Notes under the pieces: generated by a model | Seen by the model: only the letters and a program-made list of their open reading frames with translations | What the model was told of the DNA's origin: nothing | Database searches by the model: none | Virus record (IMG/VR): IMGVR_UViG_3300046758_000611 | Location: 32,001-96,000 of that record | Source of the DNA: a virus | Strand: one strand, 5' to 3' | DNA: 64,000 nt | Program-made: the position numbers and the translations under genes | Shown here: piece by piece, positions 29,514 to 37,705 of the stretch | Layout: each line of letters begins with the position of its first letter | Position numbering within the stretch: position 1 is the first letter of the stretch

Positions 29514-30429
29514 GTGTAACAATTTTCAAAATATTTTCACCAACATCTGTGTCACTTAAGAACGGACTGAGGTGCATATGACCTTGGTTCGGAAAGTACA
29601 TATTTGGTCCTAGAAATGGAACTCTATTTTCAAGGTTGTTTAAATCTCCTCCGTTTTGTTGCCAAACAACTCCTTTTGGCCCGAACATCTGGTGAATATA
29701 GTCGGTTGTGATAACAGTTCTGGTGCCCAGAGCAGATGCCATATTTGTAAGACACCCCTCAGAACCAATTACAAAATCACAATTTTTTATTAAACTTGCA
29801 GTAAAAGAAAACTTACTTGTAGAATTAATAGTTGGATATCGTTTAGAAATTGTGTCTTCGAGACCAAGTGCAAATAGAATTACCCTCGGATGATGTTCCA
29901 TGCAATTAATTATATCAAATGTGTTTCTTGTTTTTTGTCCATATCCAGAACCAGTTTCTCCACCGTCTGCGTTATTGTATTCTTCTTCAGTAAATAAGAA
30001 ACTTTTTTTATGCCAATCCATTTGGTATCCGACTTTTATTATATCAGACTTCCAGTCACCTATGTTTTCTAGTTCCTGCATACTTTTTTCAATTGCATAG
30101 TCAAGAATAGTATTTGTAAAAATTTCAAAGGTATCGTCAAAATTTTTTATTTCACATATTTTTTGAAATTGTGAAGTAATTGATTCGTATGGATTTAATG
30201 TGGAGTTGCCAGAAATTAAATTATATACTTTATCGTATACACCCTCGTTTTCCATAAAAAAAACTTTATCTATATACGGATTGCAATTTAATAACTCAAG
30301 TGGTTGTAAATAATTTATATCAAAGTGAATTTCACATAACTTGTTTTGCTTTATTTTTTTAGCAACACTACTTGCAAGTAGAATATCACCAATGTGAATA
30401 TTTCTACATTTTATCAGTATCTTACTCAT
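29503..30429 (-). CDS. GT9 (ADP-heptose:LPS heptosyltransferase)-like glycosyltransferase
   Basis: 308 aa; IGDILLASSV, NPYIDKVF, TASLIKNCDFVIGSEGCLTNMASALGTRTV match the GT9 GT-B pattern. Confidence 0.7.
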   Translation of the reverse strand: MSKILIKCRNIHIGDILLASSVAKKIKQNKLCEIHFDINYLQPLELLNCNPYIDKVFFMENEGVYDKVYNLISGNSTLNPYESITSQFQKICEIKNFDDTFEIFTNTILDYAIEKSMQELENIGDWKSDIIKVGYQMDWHKKSFLFTEEEYNNADGGETGSGYGQKTRNTFDIINCMEHHPRVILFALGLEDTISKRYPTINSTSKFSFTASLIKNCDFVIGSEGCLTNMASALGTRTVITTDYIHQMFGPKGVVWQQNGGDLNNLENRVPFLGPNMYFPNQGHMHLSPFLSDTDVGENILKIVTHGR

Positions 30430-31126
30430 CTGCTATATTCCAACCATCAAGTTTATATTTATCTTGATTGCTTTCTGCTATAAATTTATGTTCAGTTTGA
30501 TATTCCTGTAAAACTTGGTATTTGTGTATATCACCTAACATTACTATGTCATATCCGTCAAACATACCCAAATCAATATCACCACCCATGACCACATACC
30601 CCACGTCTGTGCGACTTCTTTTTACTGCTCCGTGATAAACTGCTATCTTAGTTTTAATTGATTCATCTTTTATGTCAAATCCACGAACATAATTACTCGG
30701 ATCGTCTAATATACTAAAAACACTAACTGCAACATCTCCTATTTTATATAACCCACTATTCTTTAAATAAAAAAGATTTTCATCATCCATCATATCCATT
30801 ATTGGAGATAAAACATCAAGACGGTCAGGATTATTTAAATTACAATCATGGTTTCCTGCAATTACGAGAGTTGGGTGTAGTTTTGAACATTCACGTAAAA
30901 AAGATGATATTTGGTGAATAAGTTCAGGACTCATTTCTGTTTTAGCATGAGCAATATCTCCACCAATAAAAATAATAGCATTATCGTAGTTATCTTCTTT
31001 AACTTGATTATAGAAGTTTTCAAAAACCTGAGAATATTCTGTATGCCTCTTTACATTTCGAATGTGTATATCTGCAAGATGGTATACTTTTTCAATATTT
31101 TTTAAATCTGTTTTTAACTCAAGCAT
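30422..31126 (-). CDS. sbcD: SbcD/Mre11 (gp47-like) metallophosphoesterase, N-terminal fragment
   Basis: 234 aa; HLADIH, GGDIAH, IAGNHD, YHG, LGDIHK; lacks the following YSGS motif, which begins the 26913 ORF. Confidence 0.88.
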   Translation of the reverse strand: MLELKTDLKNIEKVYHLADIHIRNVKRHTEYSQVFENFYNQVKEDNYDNAIIFIGGDIAHAKTEMSPELIHQISSFLRECSKLHPTLVIAGNHDCNLNNPDRLDVLSPIMDMMDDENLFYLKNSGLYKIGDVAVSVFSILDDPSNYVRGFDIKDESIKTKIAVYHGAVKRSRTDVGYVVMGGDIDLGMFDGYDIVMLGDIHKYQVLQEYQTEHKFIAESNQDKYKLDGWNIADE

Positions 31127-32040
31127 AATTTCTGTTTCATCAACTCACCAAAATCAAGTAGTTTGGTATTTTTTATTTTAGTAATCACCCGAAGAAATCC
31201 TACATCAGATGCATCCTCATCTTCCATTTTAACTAATCTAACTTTTATATTTTCCTTCATAAGAGATTCAGACATACTAATTGCATTTTTGTATGCATCA
31301 CTATCCAACACAATCGTAATTTCTTTTACATCGTGTTCTACTAATTTTAATCTTAACTTATTTGGAATGTTTTTACCAAGCAGGGGAATGGCATTTCTTC
31401 TTATCGCCATTGCATCAAAAACTCCTTCGCAAAAAATAATGGGTTCTTCGTAGTTTATTTGATTTTCAAAAACAACTACATCTTTACTAACAGGTGGGTT
31501 TTTGTATTTAAGATATGCAGATCCTGTATAGTCCCTTGCTAGAAAGTAATTTAGTTTGTTGTTGCAATCAAATGACGGAACTATAATACGACCACCGTAA
31601 TCCCCACCCGAACAATATCCTATTTCATATCGTTCCATGTCATATGATTGTATATTTCTTTTTTTCAAATAATTTAATGCCTTAGAGTAATCTAATTCAT
31701 TTCTATAATCACTTAGTTTTTTATATTCATATGGCAATGAAATAAATTGTTGTTCTGCATTTTCAAGTTTGGTATTCTTGGGTAACTTTACTATTTTTGA
31801 CAACTCAGCAAAATAATTATTTGGAACTTGTAATCTTTTAAACAATGAAAATATACTACGACCTTTTGCGTTGGTATCAATCCAACTTTGCCACCTCTGA
31901 GTAACGAGATTTACTGCCAACTTAGGTTTTCTATGATGAGAAAATGGGCATATAAACATAACCTCGTCTTTAGAGACGATTTTACCTGCTCCTAATACTT
32001 TTTGCAAAAGATTAAGAAGTTTTTGTTCGGAAATACCCAC
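31114..32040 (-). CDS. dnaG: DNA primase (DnaG/Toprim)
   Basis: Likely GTG start at 32040; CPFSHHRKPKL, YLKKRNI, RIIVPS, KYKNP, CEGVFDA, VLDSDA, DASD. Confidence 0.88.
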   Translation of the reverse strand: MGISEQKLLNLLQKVLGAGKIVSKDEVMFICPFSHHRKPKLAVNLVTQRWQSWIDTNAKGRSIFSLFKRLQVPNNYFAELSKIVKLPKNTKLENAEQQFISLPYEYKKLSDYRNELDYSKALNYLKKRNIQSYDMERYEIGYCSGGDYGGRIIVPSFDCNNKLNYFLARDYTGSAYLKYKNPPVSKDVVVFENQINYEEPIIFCEGVFDAMAIRRNAIPLLGKNIPNKLRLKLVEHDVKEITIVLDSDAYKNAISMSESLMKENIKVRLVKMEDEDASDVGFLRVITKIKNTKLLDFGELMKQKLCLS

Positions 32041-32567
32041 TATTTTAAAGAATACCAATGATAAAGAGATGCTACTACCGCATCAAGCATATCGTAGTTT
32101 TTTTTATCATAATTATTCTTATTATTATAGTGAACAAACTCGGACAAATCAAGCATTTTTTCAATATTATTTTTTACAAAAGTTTTACTATCCAATCCCT
32201 TTTCTCTACTTTTACCGAATACACTTTTCCGCAAGGTTGAAACATTGACGTGTTCTATTGGTATATTATACAATGCTTCTATTACATAACTTATTACCGC
32301 ATTGCATTTTGCGAGTTTTACAATTGTTTGTTGACTTGTTCTGCCACCACCAAATCCACTTAGTGAATCTTCTACTATTATTATATCAGGTGAATAATCA
32401 ACTTTATCTATACACTCAGCCACATAATGTGCTTTCGATGTTACATCAGTTTGCTTTTTGATATCAACAAAACCAGCAGATACTATTTTAGTTTTAGAAC
32501 TTGAAAAGCAATATCCTACTACTGTAGAACTTATATCAAGTCCCAAACATATATTTGTTTTTTGCAT
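32040..32567 (-). CDS. ruvC: RuvC-like Holliday junction resolvase
   Basis: LGLDISSTVVG, IIVED, KLAKCN, RKSVFG, YDMLDAVV; likely start ATG 32567. Confidence 0.8.
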   Translation of the reverse strand: MQKTNICLGLDISSTVVGYCFSSSKTKIVSAGFVDIKKQTDVTSKAHYVAECIDKVDYSPDIIIVEDSLSGFGGGRTSQQTIVKLAKCNAVISYVIEALYNIPIEHVNVSTLRKSVFGKSREKGLDSKTFVKNNIEKMLDLSEFVHYNNKNNYDKKNYDMLDAVVASLYHWYSLK

Positions 32568-32572
32568 ATGCA

Positions 32573-32601
32573 ATTATATGCAAATAAATCTAAAAAATCA
32601 A
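32573..32601 (-). promoter_or_regulatory. sigma70-type promoter TTGATT-N17-TATAAT heading the ruvC-primase-sbcD-GT-sbcC operon
   Basis: Hexamers at 32596-32601 and 32573-32578 with a 17-nt spacer. Confidence 0.6.
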
Positions 32602-32609
32602 GTAATTAA

Positions 32610-33206
32610 TTAATATACGTTTTGACCACTTTTTGCACGAAAATCACCAGTTTGTCCGTTTCGGTTACCACGTGAGTTATCTGTACCACGAGAATCACTA
32701 AATGCAATAGTTTCTCCGTATCTACGTGTATCCATGTTTAACCGATAAAAACTTGCATCGGCCGCACTTGCTGGATTACCAGAACCGTAATCAGAGTTGT
32801 CTATTCCATAACTCATTATTTTACCACACATAAAACCACGATTGTTTGGTTTCCCGGTTACACCCTCTAAACTTGCATCGGCAGCTGCAGCCGAACGTGC
32901 TTGCTTTGTGAAAGCATTTCTGCCATTTCCAGAACCACGACCATATCCACCCAATGCTGAATCTTGTCCAAAGAAACTTACACCAGGACGATTATATTCT
33001 TTTAATTTATCTTCTGGTATACCAGGAGATCCTGCTAAGTTACCATATGTAGGTGCGGCCTGACGATATAGTGTACTTGCTGTGTTAAGACGTCCAAGAA
33101 GTCCTCCTGTTCCAACCCCCCCAAACTCAGAACCCATCGAGGGACGAGTTTTTCCGTTTTTAAATTCTACTGCCGGTGTTGCTTTATATTGTAGTACTGT
33201 TGCCAT
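32610..33206 (-). CDS. Gly/Asn/Arg-rich low-complexity hypothetical protein
   Basis: 198 aa; AAGGA RBS; ATATTTAT motif at 33237-33244; repeated SAA(A)DAS. Confidence 0.7.
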   Translation of the reverse strand: MATVLQYKATPAVEFKNGKTRPSMGSEFGGVGTGGLLGRLNTASTLYRQAAPTYGNLAGSPGIPEDKLKEYNRPGVSFFGQDSALGGYGRGSGNGRNAFTKQARSAAAADASLEGVTGKPNNRGFMCGKIMSYGIDNSDYGSGNPASAADASFYRLNMDTRRYGETIAFSDSRGTDNSRGNRNGQTGDFRAKSGQNVY

Positions 33207-33256
33207 AGTATGTTTCCTTAAAGTTTAATGTTTAATATAAATATTACATAAAATTC

Positions 33257-36200
33257 CTAAGAATCGTATTTTATTAAAAAATTAATTGGATAGTTTGGTA
33301 TTATCTTGACAGGCCTTCCTAATTTTGCCACCATTGCAAGTTCCGCACCGTGATATAATCCAATTGTAGTTGCATATGGTGCTAAATAACTTCCTTTTCT
33401 ATCTTTTGCAGTATTTTCACGAAAATCAAGAAAATCTTGTTTAATTTTTCTTCCATAATTCTTTCCTGTTTTTTCATCAAGATATTTTATTATTTCAAAA
33501 GAAGTAGAACGTTTCGCATTCGAACTTTCATCAATTAAGTTTTTTGTTAAGTCGTTTCCACGTCGTCCGACAAAATATCTTGCCAATAAATGTGCGTCAA
33601 TTGAACTTACCACACCATCACCGTCAATATCCAACCCATCTGATCCTAGTTCTTTTAAACGATCAAGATTATTAATTATTTTTTGATATTCACTTTCTTT
33701 TATATCAAACTTAGAAGTAGAAGAAAATAATGAATTAATTAACAACACATCTTCAGATTCTGTCATAATTATATCATCGTTTGGATTATTAGTATTCTGC
33801 CCCTCTTGAAGTTTTATTGCACCCGGGACATCACCTCCGGATGGAATTTTTAAAACCTGACCCACATATAAACTAAGATCACTTCTTAAATTATTTTCTT
33901 TTCTTAGAACATCTGTTGTAACCCCTGTCACGAGTGCAATGTGAACCATAGATTCAACTCGTTTTACAATGTGTCTTATTTTATTTTTAATGAGAACAAG
34001 CATTCCTATTTTAAATGTTCTGTCGGTTATTACATTTCCATACGAATCTTTAATGTCAGATACATCTACCTCATACTGTCTTGCTATTGTTTGTAAAGTT
34101 TCTCGTCCTACTATATACTCATCTTCACTTGAATCCCGTTGAGTTGGATCAACAAGTGATCCCATTATATATTTGTAAATATTTGCGACATCTCGTATAT
34201 CGAATAAAGCATCTTCGTTTATATCAAATGCTATCTTTTCATAAGTTAGTGCAGTTGGATTTGTGCTAACGTTAAATTCATAAGGTTCTACTCTACACAA
34301 GATTTCGTTTTCATAAATTGTATGAGAACCTTCAAACTCTAGTTCAAATCCACGTTCACCTGTACCGGAGAATAATTCGTCAAATTGTTCAAATACATTA
34401 GATATAACGGCAATTCCATTCTTATAAAATACATTTCCCACATAAGTCTTTTTGTTATCACGAATTGCAGTTGATTCATATGCAATAACCTTTCCACCAA
34501 TATTATAGTTTAAATAGTCAAGTTGGTTTATGGAAAAGTTACCAAAACTTGTGGCAACCGTTCCAACATCACTGAATAAGTAAATTTGATCTTCTTGCAT
34601 GGTATAAAGTCCAGAGACTGGAAATTTTCCTTCTACTGGACATCCAGAAAACATGAAATCTGAACTTAGTGCAACAGAAGTACCTGCTTGCTTTCTTATA
34701 CTATAACTCTGCTTATAACTTCTAATGGAGTTTCTTACCACAGGTTTATCTTCGTCAATTGAATAATAATAAACAGACCCCTCTACTGAATTTCTCTTTC
34801 CATAATAAACAAAATCAATTTCACTTATATCACTTGTAGAGTCTACAAGTGAACTTATATTATTTTGATCGATGCTTACAAAAAAATCTATAAAAACCAA
34901 ATCGTTTTCATATACCAACTGTGTTTGATCTCTGTAAATTCCACTATTTATAAATCCAAACTCACTATTATATCCACTTACCGAGGTGTCTATAAAATTA
35001 GCATATACTTCAAAATCTTTTAAATAGTCCAACTCTGGTTTCAAATTTGTAATGTTAATTCTAAGTTTACAATCAATAGGAGTTCCACCGAGTAATTCAT
35101 ATGTAAAATTTGTTTTAAGTATATTGTTAGAAATATAAAAATCTGTTTCTGATCCGTCAGAACCCTGTGTGTAATCAGATATACTTACGTTTTGCAAATC
35201 ACTATTTATTTCAATGCTACTCGTTTCATTACACGGAGAACCAACAATAAAGTTATTTCCGAGTATAGACACAGAATTTCCAAATCTAGTGGAAAATACA
35301 AGTTCATCAGTTTCCTCTCCATATATCTTATCTACAAAAATTAGACGTCCACTTTCTACCTTAAATACATACGCAGATCCTGCGGTCAGTGATGTTGAGT
35401 CGTTTCTTTGATTAAACTGACGGTCTGTTGGATCTCCTATAATACAGAAAGACTCATTTGCATCCATACATGACATAAAAGAACTATCTATATTAAAATT
35501 ATATTCGTATATTGTTTTAACCAGTGTATCCCTTGTTTGTACACCGTATGGGGAAACTCCTGTTGATATAGATATAACCGATTCGTTTCCATATAATAAA
35601 CCAAATTTTTCAAGACCAAAGTAAATTTTATTTACACCAGGTTCTAAATCAGAAAAGGGTATTTGAATACTATAAAATTTTCCACCAAAAACTTCAACAG
35701 AGTCTACGAATGTTCCACCGTGGGTAATCACCCGTTCAATATTTTTATTTAATGGTTGATTAACTCTATATATAAATCCATCTGATATATCAGAGTCATC
35801 TAAGACTAAATTATTAAGAGTAACCGAGACAATTTCATTTTCATAATCCACATCAAATGTAGTATCAAAATAAGAAGAAACTTCGGTTGGTTCTAAGTTA
35901 TACTCAAACATACCCAAATTGCTTATTGTTTGTTCATGTGTGTATGTAAATTCGTTATTTTCATTCATGGACCAAGTAAATACCGCACACATTTTATGTT
36001 CCCGTGAACCTATAAAAATATTTGTTTGTGTAAGTTTTACCACTTCACCAAATCTTTTAAATGATTTTAACTCATCATTTTTTATTGCTATTACACCGAC
36101 TAAATCATACGTTGGATCACCAATTGCAAAATCAGGTGTTCGTTCATATTCACCTTTTGTTGATATATATTTATCATCAAAAGTTACAACATCTATTGTT

Positions 36201-37675
36201 GAGTTCTCGACATAAGAAATTGGTGTATCTCTTTCCGAAATTACATTTTCTATTTTCCACCTAGTTACATTCTTATTTATTCTATTTACTTCATCTATAT
36301 CAGTTGGATAAGTTCCAGTGTGGGTTTCACTTTCCGTATCATAGTTATACTCATCGTAAACACTTGATACTCTAATCCAAGGGTGATTTTCGGTTCTAGA
36401 TGTCTTTTTAAAAACATAAACAACACCATTATCATTATCATGTGCAGGTGAACCTACAATCAAATAATCTTGATGCAAAGAGCACGAATATCCAAATTCA
36501 GAACCAGGTTCTCCTTCTAATATATTTATAAGACCCCAGTTGTCTATTCCACCTTTATTTTTATTGTAAATAAAGACATGACCATGTGCGTGTGTTTCAT
36601 TTGTTCCTCGTATGTGTGATTGAGGTGAACCCACAACGCATTCAGTTCGTGTTATGTCAACAGACTCACCAAACATATCATTTGTTGTATAGTTATCCTG
36701 AATGAGAAGATTGCCGAGTTGATCGGTCAATATATCATTTCCGTCACTGCTTATTTCCTGCGAAATTCCATTTTGAGTAAATGGACAATACAATTCCTTT
36801 AATAAATTAAACCCACCATCGTTCAGTCCTGATGTACTGTGTAGTAGTATTTCTGCTTTTCCAGTTTTAATATCAGTTGGGGCATCTTCAGACACAGGAC
36901 AACCCACTATTAAATATTTTTGATAAGCAGACACATTCTTACCAAAACTTAAATTATTAAAATCGAACTCATTTCCATCACCCACTTCTCTTGATATTTC
37001 ACGTGAATTTGAAGATATACCAACGGAATCACTTGAACTTAATGAAGAATCACTTATTATTAAATTAGTTGCACCATCATCTATTATCTTAACTGACCCA
37101 AGTTCTGAACTTTTATCTTTTATTGTAAACGAACTAGGAGAAACTTTATCTCCCATTTTATTTTTTGAAAAATCAAGAACCCACGCAGAGTCTCCGAGTT
37201 TTCTAATCTCTTGGTTTAGGTTTTCTCGTGAATTAATTGCATCAAGGTAATTCTCCTCCGTTCCATAAACACCGGTTTCTGATCCAAATACCATCAGTGG
37301 GTTTATTGTACCAAACTCTTCTTCTTGAGTTCCATAGTTGTTGTAAAACAGATGTCGTATTGAACTATAAATAGTTCTACAATATGTACCATCCTTGTTT
37401 ACAGGTTCTGTGTTTTCATCGTAATGGGAATGCCCCCTTGGATAAAATGTCCCATCGGTTTTTTTAGCAAATCTAATTGTTACCGCACTGTCCGATTCAG
37501 ATTGCTCAAGTGATAATTTATTGTTGATATCCGAAAATAAAGGTATTTTTGTTCCACCGTCTACTTCTTGTTCAAGAATTAGTTCGTTTGTGGATTCCAA
37601 CGAAGAATACTTCCACTTTCGGTTCGCACGAAATTTTCTTACATTCTTATCAGAAAGTTTTATATTCTTTATCAT
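33257..37675 (-). CDS. virion structural protein with FG-GAP beta-propeller, two LysM domains and dockerin/EF-hand-like motifs
   Basis: 1472 aa; about 7 FG.sv......vG.P repeats; LysM-like YIVGRETLQTIARQY and HIVKRVES...LYVGQVLKIP; DINED...D and DIDGDG...D; C-term PYATTIGLY...AKLGRP. Confidence 0.75.
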   Translation of the reverse strand: MIKNIKLSDKNVRKFRANRKWKYSSLESTNELILEQEVDGGTKIPLFSDINNKLSLEQSESDSAVTIRFAKKTDGTFYPRGHSHYDENTEPVNKDGTYCRTIYSSIRHLFYNNYGTQEEEFGTINPLMVFGSETGVYGTEENYLDAINSRENLNQEIRKLGDSAWVLDFSKNKMGDKVSPSSFTIKDKSSELGSVKIIDDGATNLIISDSSLSSSDSVGISSNSREISREVGDGNEFDFNNLSFGKNVSAYQKYLIVGCPVSEDAPTDIKTGKAEILLHSTSGLNDGGFNLLKELYCPFTQNGISQEISSDGNDILTDQLGNLLIQDNYTTNDMFGESVDITRTECVVGSPQSHIRGTNETHAHGHVFIYNKNKGGIDNWGLINILEGEPGSEFGYSCSLHQDYLIVGSPAHDNDNGVVYVFKKTSRTENHPWIRVSSVYDEYNYDTESETHTGTYPTDIDEVNRINKNVTRWKIENVISERDTPISYVENSTIDVVTFDDKYISTKGEYERTPDFAIGDPTYDLVGVIAIKNDELKSFKRFGEVVKLTQTNIFIGSREHKMCAVFTWSMNENNEFTYTHEQTISNLGMFEYNLEPTEVSSYFDTTFDVDYENEIVSVTLNNLVLDDSDISDGFIYRVNQPLNKNIERVITHGGTFVDSVEVFGGKFYSIQIPFSDLEPGVNKIYFGLEKFGLLYGNESVISISTGVSPYGVQTRDTLVKTIYEYNFNIDSSFMSCMDANESFCIIGDPTDRQFNQRNDSTSLTAGSAYVFKVESGRLIFVDKIYGEETDELVFSTRFGNSVSILGNNFIVGSPCNETSSIEINSDLQNVSISDYTQGSDGSETDFYISNNILKTNFTYELLGGTPIDCKLRINITNLKPELDYLKDFEVYANFIDTSVSGYNSEFGFINSGIYRDQTQLVYENDLVFIDFFVSIDQNNISSLVDSTSDISEIDFVYYGKRNSVEGSVYYYSIDEDKPVVRNSIRSYKQSYSIRKQAGTSVALSSDFMFSGCPVEGKFPVSGLYTMQEDQIYLFSDVGTVATSFGNFSINQLDYLNYNIGGKVIAYESTAIRDNKKTYVGNVFYKNGIAVISNVFEQFDELFSGTGERGFELEFEGSHTIYENEILCRVEPYEFNVSTNPTALTYEKIAFDINEDALFDIRDVANIYKYIMGSLVDPTQRDSSEDEYIVGRETLQTIARQYEVDVSDIKDSYGNVITDRTFKIGMLVLIKNKIRHIVKRVESMVHIALVTGVTTDVLRKENNLRSDLSLYVGQVLKIPSGGDVPGAIKLQEGQNTNNPNDDIIMTESEDVLLINSLFSSTSKFDIKESEYQKIINNLDRLKELGSDGLDIDGDGVVSSIDAHLLARYFVGRRGNDLTKNLIDESSNAKRSTSFEIIKYLDEKTGKNYGRKIKQDFLDFRENTAKDRKGSYLAPYATTIGLYHGAELAMVAKLGRPVKIIPNYPINFLIKYDS

Positions 37676-37705
37676 AAATATAAGTATATATTTACAACAA
37701 ATTAT

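Noticed and set aside
29503-30429. Group I/II intron or homing endonuclease in sbcD
   Set aside because: The insert is fully coding and overlaps both flanks; no LAGLIDADG, GIY-YIG, HNH or RT motifs.
29465-30506. Split intein at the sbcD fracture (C-fragment contains KVKRHN)
   Set aside because: HN is followed by Lys rather than Cys/Ser/Thr; the N-fragment tail lacks an initial Cys/Ser block A and is far too short for an N-intein.
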